A stretch of DNA of 64,000 nucleotides from assembly GCA_051362555.1 (NCBI GenBank), contig CM120641.1:44708401-44772400 (forward strand), written 5' to 3'. Both the position numbers and the translations under genes were made by a program. This DNA is from Lingula anatina (taxonomy: Eukaryota > Animalia > Brachiopoda). Shown in pieces: positions 50,017 to 61,223 of this stretch. Under the pieces are notes generated by a model. The model was not told the origin of the DNA. It saw nothing but the letters and a program-made list of their open reading frames with translations, and did no database searches. Within the stretch, counting starts at the first letter, position 1, and every line of letters begins with the position of its first letter.

Positions 50017-53000
50017 AACTAGAGGATCAGAGAGGCGATACCGCCTCCAAATATTGTACCACCAGCTGGAGCAAACGCATTCGTATAGACCCCCACATAC
50101 ACAAAATAAGGGACACAGCCACCAGTTTTGTGCTTGACAAGCTGTAAAAATGCAATCAACAAGAATTTTTAAACTATTGCAAAAAAATGTATATGGTACA
50201 ATCAAATTTAAGTTCTTCGTAAGGTAGGTCAAGGGTCAATTTCAAGGTCACAGTAAATTGCCAGTATATGACTTCCTATTCAAGTTCAAGAGTAACTATG
50301 GACCTATCTCTGTCAAGTTTGAAGTTAAAAGAGAAAGAAATAAACAGAGTTCAGTTCATGATAAAAAGTAAGTCAAAGGTCAATTTCAAGGTCACACTTA
50401 GATTGCCAGTATAGGACTTCCTATTCAAGTTCAATAGTAACTATGGACCTATCTCAGCCAGTTTTGGAGATAAAAGGGAAGCAAAATTTGCAAAATTTAG
50501 TTCATGGTGAAAAGTAGGTCAAAGGTCAATTTCAAGGTCACATTTAGATTGCCAGTATATGACTTCCTATTCAAGTTCAATAGTAACTATGGACCTATCT
50601 CAGCCAGTTTTGGAGATAAAAAGGAAGAAAAGTTTGCAAAGTTCAGTTCATGGTGAAAAGTAGGTCAAAGGTCAATTTCAAGGTCACATTTAGATTGCCA
50701 GTATATGACTTCCTATTCAAGTTCAATAGTAACTATGGACCTATCTCTGCCAGTTTTGGAGATAAAAGGGAAGCAAAATTTGCAAAGTTCAGTTTATGGT
50801 GAAAAGTAGGACAAAGGTCAATTTTAAGGTCACATTTAGATTGCCAGTATATGACTTCCTATTCAAGTTCAATAGTAACTATGGACCTATCTCTGCCAGT
50901 TTTGGAGATAAAAGGGAAGCAAATTTTGCAAAGTTCAGTTTATGGTGAAAAGTAGGTCAAAGGTCAATTTTAAGGTCACATTTAGATTGCCAGTATATGA
51001 CTTCCTATTCAAGTTCAATAGTAACTATGGACCTATCTCTGCCAGTTTTGGAGATAAAAGGGAAGCAAATTTTGCAAAGTTCAGTTTATGGTGAAAAGTA
51101 GGTCAAAGGTCAATTTTAAGGTCACATTTAGATTGCCAGTATATGACTTCCTATTCAAGTTCAATAGTAACTATGGACCTATCTCTGCCAGTTTTGGAGA
51201 TAAAAGGGAAGCAAAATTTGCAAAATTTAGTTCATGGTGAAAAGTGGGTCAAAGGTCAATTTCAAGGTCACATTTAGATTGCCAGTATATGACTTCCTAT
51301 TCAAGTTCAAAAGTAACTATGGACCTATCTCTGCCAGTTTTGGAGATAAAAGGGAAGCAAAATTTGCAAAGTTCAGTTTATGGTGAAAAGTAGGACAAAG
51401 GTCAATTTTAAGGTCACATTTAGATTGCCAGTATATGACTTCCTATTCAAGTTCAATAGTAACTATGGACCTATCTCTGCCAGTTTTGGAGATAAAAGGG
51501 AAGCAAATTTTGCAAAGTTCAGTTTATGGTGAAAAGTAGGTCAAAGGTCAATTTCAAGGTCACATTTATATTGCCAGTATATGACTTCCTATTCAAGTTC
51601 AATAGTAACTATGGACCTATCTCAGCCAGTTTTGGAGATAAAAGGAAAGCAAAATTTGCAAAATTCAGTTCATGGTGAAAAGTAGGTCAAAGGTCAATTT
51701 TAATGTCACATATAGATTGCCAGTATATGACTTCCTATTCAAGTTCAATAGTAACTACGGACCTATCTCTACCAGTTTTGGAGATAAAAGGAAAGCAAAA
51801 TTTGCAAAATTCAGTTCATGGTGTAAAGTAGGTCAAAGGTCAATTTTAAGGTCACATTTAGATTGCCAGTATATGACTTCCTATTCAAGTTCAATAGTAA
51901 CTATGGACCTATCTCTGCCAGTTTTGGAGATAAAAGGGAAGAAAAATTTGCAAAGTTCAGTTCATGGTGAAAAGTAGGTCAAAGGTCAATTTCAAGGTCA
52001 TAGTAAGATTGCCAGTATATGACTTCCTATTCAACTTCAATAGTAACTATGGACCTATCTCTGCCAGTTTTGGAGATATAAGGGACTAGATGTTATAATT
52101 TTGGAGTTACCATAATGTGCCTTAAATTTCGTACAGAAAAAATTAATTAAAATAAAGAAAATGTCATTTTGGTCAAAATTCTTGAAATAAGAGGTGCTCT
52201 GAAGTTTCAGAAGTTCAAATTTGATGAAATAATGTCATTTTTGAACACAAGTTGTCTGCTTTGCCAAGCCTTATGTTTTATTTTTTCAGAGTTCAAAATT
52301 TATTATCCATTACCGTACTGCACATTTTGCTTTTACCACCAATATGTACTTTTTGATACAGTGTAACTCGAAAACCGTATGGAATACAAAAAAACCGAGA
52401 CCACCTCCAGTGTTGGGCTTTACATGCTCTACAAAATGCAAAAAAGAATGGGTCTCTAGCATTAACGGTTCCCGAATTAGAAACAGTTTTAAGTTTCGGT
52501 ATCTTATGGCCGCTACTCCCGTGAAAATGCACCGATTGACCCCAAATTCATGGAGATGAAAGATGACTTGAAGGGTAACACTTTCCAATAATATTATTGG
52601 TTAAGTCTGTGTGGTGTCTGAATAACAGGGCAAAAAAAATTTTTTTCGTAAAAAATTTCATTTTTTTGAAAATTTTGGCCCATTTGACCTTGAAGTAGAG
52701 GTCAAAGGTCAAATCCAAGGGTATATTTGAAATCTACACATATGACTTTTGGAAAGCCGTCTATAGAAATTTTTCCCATAACTCCTTCCGTAGGGTAGAT
52801 AATTAGCATTTAATTTTGCCATTTTTAGACAAGGGTGCATTGCAATGAGTGCCACACCCAGACCCCAATACCGACAAAGCCCAAATTTTACGTGGAACGA
52901 GTTGAGATTATAGGTGACCTAAATCCATGAGATGGGTACGGGGGCCCTTACCGTCTAGGAGGAGAAGCGGTAACGGTAGCCGTCCGGCGGAGCCGGCGGA

Positions 53001-53078
53001 GCCGGCGGAGCCGGCGGAACGATCCGGACGGGACCGAAACCATGTGTACCGCCAGCGCTAACGCTGGTGGTACAATAA
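50017..53078 (+). mobile_element. Helentron/HINE-like non-autonomous element carrying a satellite array
   Basis: Starts AACTAGAGG with TGTACCACCAGC (~50055) echoing the terminal hairpin TGTACCGCCAGCG-ctaa-CGCTGGTGGTACA-ATAAA (53045-53078); (GCCGGCGGA)n just before the hairpin; central tandem array. Confidence 0.65.
50222..52084. repeat. 146-bp tandem satellite, ~12.7 highly similar copies
   Basis: AGGTCAAAGGTCAATTTCAAGGTCACA-type anchor at ~50370, 50516, 50662, 50808 ... 51976 (period 146). Confidence 0.95.
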
Positions 53079-53478
53079 ATTATCATAAATATATTACCAT
53101 TTTGTATGATGGACAAAGATTGAAGTCATGAATAATAACGAACTTTAAAAAAAAAATCTTATTTGTTCAAATAATTTTGGAAAAATGCATTTAAAACCCC
53201 AAATCCAATGTTCTATCATGTGCCACTCAAACAAAAACCACCACCACAAAATGTCAAAACTTTCATTTGAAAGTCAGTGTGCATAGAGATTCAATTTTTT
53301 ATTATTCAAATAATAGAAAATACTTTTATTAGAACTTTTGACTTTTGACTAGTGAACTACACTGTCCTTATCCTTAATAATCGTTTTGTCACACACATGC
53401 ACGTAGGCACACACACGAATCAATCACAGTCATCCTAAAATTCCAGTACTAGGTATAATGTCTTAAAATCAAAGGACT

Positions 53479-53826
53479 TCAAGATTTTCCCGTTAATCTT
53501 CTCATTTTTAAAACTTTACAAGTCTCAAAATGCTTTCGAAGAACATTGTGTCGTGACAATTCCTTTCTACAATGCGGACATTTAAATCGGGTATTTCCGT
53601 GAACATGCTTCATATGTTGTTTCAAATTTGCTGTTCTCGAGAAAAGTTTATTGCAAACAGGACATTCATTCTTCTCGTTCTTGTCTTTTCTCCACCAGTG
53701 TTCAGTTTTGTGACTATTTAAGATAATCAGAGTACTGAATCCTTTTCCACACACTGAACAAGCATAAGGAAAACTATTGGGGCTGCAACTTCCATGTGAC
53801 TGATTGTTAGAAGGGCTAGAGAGAAC
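53479..53826 (-). CDS. Alternative terminal exon V4, three fingers (C2H2, C2H2, C2HC)
   Basis: ttttatag|GTT phase 0; VLSSPSNNQ...YACSVCGKGF...CPVC...CPHC...HFETC...*. Confidence 0.88.
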   Translation of the reverse strand, partial: VLSSPSNNQSHGSCSPNSFPYACSVCGKGFSTLIILNSHKTEHWWRKDKNEKNECPVCNKLFSRTANLKQHMKHVHGNTRFKCPHCRKELSRHNVLRKHFETCKVLKMRRLTGKS

Positions 53827-54523
53827 CTATAAAAAATAATAAGTAATCTGTTACTAAAATCATTCAGCTGTGGTTTGCCCATAAGTGTTCACAATATGTT
53901 ACACTTTGTGGAAGTAAATGTGGTATTCGTCTTAATCAGATGAGTTGCATGTCTAATTATTCCCAAAAAGAGAACAGAAAAGACAAAGCCTAAACCAGAC
54001 TAGACAACAGCCATTGTTGCTTCCTCAAGATGGACGGAGGGACATCTAAAAACATATCTCATTTTGTGCCATATTTCGTTACTAAACCACAATCCATGCA
54101 GCAGTTTCTACTCTAATGTTGACAGAAGATTTCAACAAACACTGCAACATATTCAGTAATAAGTAATCTTTATTATAAGGATATTTCATTTGCCCTTGAA
54201 ATAATACCCAGGTTCTAATTACTGCTCCCCCCCCCCTCCCTTAAGCACATTTAGGGCCATGAAACTGAAACAGTGTAAAAAGTTTGTTTCCTAAATTCTA
54301 ACAAATATATATACAGAGTAAGCCTGTTATGCAAGTCTTTGCTTTCTTTAAAGTTTGAATGGCCCAAATGTTTCTGCCTTCCGTGCCAATTCTTCATGAC
54401 AATTGTGACCTTATTTTAAAACATTCTGCCAAAGTAAGAAAAAAAACCAAAGCAAATAACTTTGATGGTATTTTTTCTATGTCAGTCTTTTGACTTGCTT
54501 AAATTCACAACAATGTGCTTCCT

Positions 54524-54754
54524 CTATTTAATTTTAGTTAAATGCATATGCATTATGTGCTTTTGCAAGTTATCGCTTCTATTAAATGGTTTTCCGCAAA
54601 TGTCACACTTGTAGGAACATGGCTCGTGCTTGCTTCGCAGATGACGATTCAGATTGGTCTGAGTAGAAAAACTTTTCTGACAGACAACACAGACAAGTTT
54701 TTTCTTGGAATTAGGATCCCTCATACCATTTTCATTTGCAGCTATTCCACAGTT
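54524..54754 (-). CDS. Alternative terminal exon V3, two C2H2 fingers
   Basis: aatttcag|AAC phase 0; NCGIAANENG...LVCVVCQKSFSTQTNLNRHLRSKHEPCSYKCDIC...HIMHMH...*. Confidence 0.88.
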   Translation of the reverse strand, partial: NCGIAANENGMRDPNSKKKLVCVVCQKSFSTQTNLNRHLRSKHEPCSYKCDICGKPFNRSDNLQKHIMHMHLTKIK

Positions 54755-55200
54755 CTGAAATTCCAAAAACTTGATAGAATTTTTTTTCATCACTCACTAT
54801 AGTCATAGAAGAGTGTAAAAGAGAAAAAGTTTTTAATACTACTTATGGCCAGTCTGTAGTTGCGAACGGATTAATATCACAATTTTCAGACAAACACGAC
54901 AAAGGCAGGATGTCATTTCAAATGATACTGATCTCAATTTCTTTCAGATTTAGAAAATGTTTCTGCAGTTCTTGCCAGGACTGATGTCAGCAAAAACTAT
55001 GGGAATAATGAAAATCAAATTATGCAAGACCTGCTGACAATGCGATGGTATTCTATCTTATACTAAATGTACTCCTCAGTTTATAACAACCATCGCAATT
55101 TTTCATGTCTTCAAAAGCTTCTCAAGTTACTGCCAAGAAACAAAATCAATGGAAGCCGTGCAGATTTTGCAAAAATCTTGAAGAAAGTTAAAGGGCTTCA

Positions 55201-55434
55201 TCATTTCTCTTTGAGGCAGTGCACATTATTCTGGTGTGCCCTCAGGTTGTCTTTTCTACTGTACTGTTTCCCGCAAATGTGGCAAGGAAAGTGAGCCGTG
55301 TGCTTGTGCAAATTGTGCAAATGACGGACTAAATTTGATTGAAAAGAGAAAGTTTTCTGACAAATGTTGCAGAGCAGTTTGTCCTTGTAGGTTCCTGACG
55401 ACAACTCAACTTGATCCTTGGAATTCCTCATGCT
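55201..55434 (-). CDS. Alternative terminal exon V2, two C2H2 fingers
   Basis: aatttcag|AGC phase 0; SMRNSK...LLCNICQKTFSFQSNLVRHLHNLHKHTAHFPCHIC...HQNNVH...*. Confidence 0.88.
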   Translation of the reverse strand, partial: SMRNSKDQVELSSGTYKDKLLCNICQKTFSFQSNLVRHLHNLHKHTAHFPCHICGKQYSRKDNLRAHQNNVHCLKEK

Positions 55435-55977
55435 CTGAAATTCAGAAGATCTAGATGTTCATCCACATCAGACCAAGCCATGAGCTCATCTTGTAAATCT
55501 TCAAATCAAAAGAAAGGCAGAGTCAGTCTGTAGTTTTTCACAGTCCCTTAATGCACAAGACTATTATACATTATAGTCATTACGGTTATCTCTCAAAAAC
55601 ATTCATTTTAACTGATTAAATATTTCTCCATATTTTATGCTTTTATATATGAAAAATTGGGTTAGTTCCATAAACACTTCCTCTTCTGGTCTCCCTAACA
55701 TTCACATCTATTAAAACAACATCATTCAGGTGTTTCTTTCTCGTAGAGACTATAGAGATCTTTCCCATCATGCACCAGTGAAACCCTAAGTAACATGTAT
55801 CTCCTAAACAAAGACAGTCAGGACTACAAGTTCAAAAAGTTAAAAGATGGCGAAGTTGTGTATCTTCCCCTAGTAATAACTATGTAATCTAGCAACCATG
55901 TTCCTCTGGATACCAACTTGTCTGCAGCCAACTTTCTCCTCCATACTTCCTAGAAACCAATCTCTCACCTCCTTAAT

Positions 55978-56217
55978 TCACACAAGCTCCCGTAGTTTGC
56001 AGGTCCCAGTGAGCTCTGATTTTGTACAAAAGTGACTTCGAAGAAAGGCTTCTTTACTGTAGTGTTTTCCACAATCCTTACAATGAAACCTGTCAAATAT
56101 TTTATGCTGTTTGCTCACATGACGGGACTTGCTGCTATAGTGAGCAAATGTCTGATTGCAGAACGAACAAGTCAGCCTTGAGTCCAACTGACAGGCCCCC
56201 CGATTTCCTCCTCTTCC
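55978..56217 (-). CDS. Alternative terminal exon V1, C2H2 + short C2HC finger
   Basis: atcaatag|GGA phase 0; GRGGNRGACQLDSRLTCSFCNQTFAHYSSKSRHVSKQHKIFDRFHCKDC...RSHFC...*. Confidence 0.86.
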   Translation of the reverse strand, partial: GRGGNRGACQLDSRLTCSFCNQTFAHYSSKSRHVSKQHKIFDRFHCKDCGKHYSKEAFLRSHFCTKSELTGTCKLRELV

Positions 56218-59200
56218 CTATTGATAATGAAAATTGTGTTACTGACATTTTTTGACCTATACAGAGACGAAATGCTTGGTTTCTGGATGCAAACAGGATA
56301 TCAGAAGTGCCAACCTCTTTGTTCAAGTCAACTCTGGACACATGACATCAAACTTTTACTCCCCCCCCCCCCACCCCCCAATCAAAACCGAGTTTAACAA
56401 ACATCCATCAACAGATAAATGAATAGAGCCTTTGAAGAGACATGCTGAACATCAATTGCGTCGATTTCAAGAGCACATACTTTAGCATCAATTAAAAGTC
56501 ATTTTATATGTACAAAAATCTCCATTATTCAGTTCCTAGCATATGAATTCATATTTACAATTTCTTCAGCAATACAAATCCCATGAAGAACTCTTACAGT
56601 TCAATTCCAGTTAGAATGTTGTATACTTCTTTATATGTCAACAGTAATGCAATCATCTATATTGTATTATATTAATTTTAATAAACTGCAATCCATGCTT
56701 ATGTTGTCCTTGCACATATTTAAATTATTCCCCACCCATGACAATCAAGTGCCCTGAACTGGGGAATAAGTACCAAGCTTGTTAGCACAATATCATAAGT
56801 AACCAGAGTTCTTGTTCTTTCTCCTCCCTTACAACACCCATGTTTAAAGAATAAGAGAAAGACAAGACACCAGCTGTTGATCATTCAGTCACATATATAG
56901 TAAAAATTGAACAAGTAAAAAGTGATCACAATTTATTTCTACTACTGCTAGATATAATTCTGCAAGACCAGCTGTAGGGCAGAAGAAACTTAAAAGACTT
57001 CGTATGTAGCTAATACTGACCATACAAGCAGACTTGGACGGTGGCTCAGATGAAATTTGGAGTACAACAATTGGGAACAAACATTTTTAACCCAACTGTT
57101 CATTTCAATTCATTGCAAATTTCAAGCATTATAATTGTTCAAAAAATGTAAATTTTGATGGAAAAATAATTGTGAGATTGGCTGGCCAAAGTTTTGTGAC
57201 ACCAGTGAACACCTGTGAGCACCTACAGACTGTACATGCAAGCATCACCAGTAACAGTGCTCCCACTGAGGTGCTTCCACCTGGTGGCAGACAGCCACAG
57301 GCTTTGCAAGACAAGACCATTTCCCAGCAAATCACCCCCTTGCTCTTCAGTTGAGTGAGCTTTCTGTCTAACATTTCCTTGTGTTAAAGTGAACAATCTT
57401 TAAAGTTTTTATATCTCAGTGGGAGCACTTTAGTCTGTCCTGGGCTTAGAACCTCAAAGATAATATATCAAAACATTTTTATATAAAAATTTTTATATAA
57501 CAACAGTTTATATCAGTGACCAACTGCACTAGACAACTCACACAGGGAATTTGACCAAGGCAAAGGTAATAAAAATTTTTGGGAATTTCCTGGGAAAAAT
57601 GTATCCAATTTCCAAGGTATTTCCCAATGTTTTGATCAATCTAGAAGAACAGAAAGGTCAAGATAATTTCAGTACATTTTCCCCCATTAATAAAACATTT
57701 GTTTAGAAATTAAAAAAAAAAAAATTAATTTGAACTGTGCTGTGTATACAGAATTTTCATATACTGACAACCATATTTTCTTTAATCCAGTGGTGAGGCT
57801 AGTGCAATGGGTTTCAATCAATATATTTACTCTAAAATCACTATTGCATGCATCATACTATAAAAACATTTTATAATGCATTTCTAAATATAAAAGACCA
57901 GTGAACAAAAGTATGGGTAGGGAGTTGAAAAACAGTTTCACATCTTTTACTGCATCAGTGGTATTTTCTTATAATTTTACAATCAATGTGCTCATACTAC
58001 CATTCCACAATCATTGACAAAAATAAGTCTTACAGAGAGACAAATATAAAATAAAAAATTTTAAAGCTTTTGATAATCACAAATTTGTGAAAATTTTGCT
58101 AAATCTGTGATATAAAGATTAAAATGTATATAAAGGTTGGTTCACAGGCCTTTTCTCACTTCAAAGCCCAGGACAGTTAATGTAAATATAACATATGGAA
58201 TATCGCAAAATGAAACAGTTTATTGAGCAGCAAGCACTCACAAAAAATTCACATAACTTTACAGATCTAAAATAAGTTTGTCAAAATATATAAATTTTGA
58301 AAAATAAGTGTGCTCATTTGACTTTCTTCATTGAAAGTTTTATTTTGTGTTTGCTGCTCAATACCAGTGCAATAATAAAATTCATTTAAAAAAAACTGAT
58401 TGGTCTTTTAATCAAATCAAAGCAAATCTAGTTCACTGCAGGCTCACTCTTCTGCAGCTCCATTAATTTTATTAATTAATGAACTGGCTGTGACGAAAGA
58501 AAAAAAAAAATTTTTTTTTTTGGGGGGGGGGGGGGGTTAAAGCTTTCTACCAGTTACCCCATATGTAATGTAATATTACCAACAAATACACAAATTATAA
58601 AGCTTTACCCATCTTTTGAACTAAAACCAACCAGTTTTTTTAGATATAAAAATAACTCATTGACTCCCCAGTAGTGCATCATGGTAGCAGATGTTATCTA
58701 ACTTCTTCAATACGAAATGCTTATTTTAAAGCTTTTTCAATTAAGATTTAATTTAAGAATGATGCATTAATTGTTGTCTCAGCTTCCATGTAACGTTCTG
58801 TATTCAGAAATGAAAAGTTAGTAGTTCCAGCAGTAGAAATTTTATTATTTGTCTCAAATTATTTTTTAAAAGGATCTGTATATCAAAATAATTTGTGCTA
58901 TTAAATTTTGATAAGTTAATTTTCTGAGGCTTGCTCATTCTAATAACAACTGAACTTAAAAGTTAAAAACAGAAAATGAAGTTTCTGATGCCAAAGGTGG
59001 CATCCCAAGACTGAAAAACACACTGAGGCAACTGGATCTGCACCTTCTGAACATATGCCTCAGGTATTTTAAGAGGGTAAAAACATCACAAACTACTGGA
59101 GAGTCAAACATTTCACAATCATGCTTTGGTGGATCCAAAAGTTTGAGCCCAATATTCTCATTTTTTTCTGTGAACTACAGAAATATAATGAAGGGTCCAT

Positions 59201-59704
59201 CTCCCTATCATCAGAGAATAGGTTTTGTCAAAAAGCAGGGATGAGACTTAAATTTCATGAAAAAGTCCAAAAATATGGCTTGGGGAGCAGACCCTCCCTA
59301 CACCCCCTTCCCTTATCTCAGATCTGCATCGATCACCAAAATGATTTTAAAAGTCCAAAATCTTCTAGCAGACAGAAATATATCTCATCCCTGACAAAAT
59401 TTGTTCTCCAAATTTTGCTTTTCTCTTCATTTTGCATCCACCTACTGGAGTGACCATCTAACAACTCAAATTGCCAAGACTGATTTCACAACTTTAAAGA
59501 TCTCAGATTTTCATACAGCATTTCAAAAATCATCACTTCTCTTCAGGCGACTCAACTAGTGTGGAATAAACGTGTATTTTAAATCTCCACCACTTGGGTC
59601 AATAAAAATTGTATTCACAACTCGGGCCCATAAATCCTGACATTTATTCATTGTTTGGATGGTCAATGCAAAGGAAGTAGAAAATAATATATGGCTGCAC
59701 TTAC

Positions 59705-60699
59705 ATTTCTAGGTTTGGACGGGGACTGTCCTGGGGGATCCATGGAACTGCTGCTGTCACCTGCTGGCTGCCAATTAACATTAGGTGGAACTAAAGCTTG
59801 ACTAGATGTTGATGGGAATGATAAAGCACCTGAACTTAAACTTTGTCCTGCACCACTTTGATCTTGAGTTAATGAGTAAAAGTCTTGAATAAAAGGTGTT
59901 GTTTGATTATTATCAAATGAAGGAGGTAAACTTTGAGAAAGGAATGCATCTTGACTGTGATTCTGTCCGTCAGATCGAGTGTCTTCTGATTTATCGTCCT
60001 CTCCTTCTGACTCTATTTTTATTTCTATGAGCTCAGGTTTTGTGTCACCTTGAATTAAACTATGTTCACTTTGGTCTTGAGTGGGTAGCTGCTGAGAAGA
60101 GTCCTGGACATTTGTTTGGCTAGCTTGACTTGGAGAACTTTCTTCTTCTGTTCCTATCCTTATTCTTTTGGATGCCATAGGTGTGCTTTCATGCACTGGG
60201 CTCCCTAAAGCTGCACTAGGTTCGGGCCTTTTAGCACCATGAACGTTTCTAAACATTTGTCTCGGCAGAACTACATTTTCTACTGGTGCCTCTGCCGGCA
60301 CTGGATGGTGACTTGGTTCAGAATATAAAGGTCTATTTGATATTTGACTCACAGCTGTTTGTGATGCATCCGCTGTCCTTAACATTCCTGAATCTGACAC
60401 AGATACACTAGACGATGAAGTTTCCGATGTCTGAGTTTTCTTTTTTCCCGCCATTCCATCCCTCTTGTGTTGTGGACTTGTGAACCCTTGTCCTTCGGAA
60501 GGTCTAGGTGGGGCATTTGGGACGGCAGCAGTGGAGGCAGCAGAGTCTTGCCCCATAGATTCACCCTGGAACACTTTGAAGACCTGCATGATTTGGGCCA
60601 CAAACCTGCCGTCTTCATAGCTGATTTCCAAATTTGACAACTCCAATGAGATTACATTATCTTGTTTGTTCCTCACCTCAATACTGTGTTGAAACTCCC
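59705..60699 (-). CDS. Shared (constant) coding exon 2: end of N-terminal domain plus S/Q/P-rich disordered linker
   Basis: attttcag acceptor phase 1, 995 nt open, ends SPSKPRN|gtaagt in phase 0. Confidence 0.9.
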
Positions 60700-61223
60700 C
60701 TGAAAATAGGGTAATTTTTATGTAAACAGTTGTTTGATCAGCTCTACATAATACTGTGCTGTTAAAAAAATAACTGGCAAAAGCTACTAAAGAACCACCT
60801 TTAAAACAAGGCAGCTAATGCTGGCATGTGGACAGACAAATTTGAGCAGTGTTAACATGGAAGAATCATGAAAACTAAGATTGAAATCTATTCAGAAAAA
60901 AAACTTCACTTTGACAATAATAACTAACACAGTTTTGCTTTGGTGTAAACAAGGAAAGCATAAAAATCAGTGCCAAAGAAAAATCTCCATGGCAAACTTT
61001 GGAAATTCTTTCCTGAAAGGATACAACTTACAACATTTTAATTCAAAATGTTCAATTTATAAGTGATACTCTTGTCTTTACGTCATCTTATTGAGATACG
61101 GATGAATAAAACTCATATGTTGTAATAATATCCAAGAGGGATGCAGAGGTTCTTCAAAATAGAAAGTTACTCTTTATCATATTAACATGATATGGCTGAT
61201 AATGAGAACAAATGTCAGCTTAC

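Noticed and set aside
50222-52084. CRISPR-like array or coding repeat (ORF 51672-51977)
   Set aside because: Units are contiguous near-identical 146-mers with no unique spacers, in eukaryotic context; the ORF is a by-product of the repeat.
10614-56217. Reading the finger ORFs as a cluster of independent single-exon genes, or as consecutive exons of one long poly-zinc-finger protein
   Set aside because: Most lack an ATG at the start of the conserved region and begin at a splice acceptor; each ends in a stop with no evident donor, so they cannot be chained.
16871-56255. Many plus-strand ORFs overlapping finger exons (e.g. 16871, 17371, 21583, 27210, 47232, 54542, 56022)
   Set aside because: Antisense shadows of the minus-strand exons; no motifs or splice support. 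I found no plus-strand finger exon.
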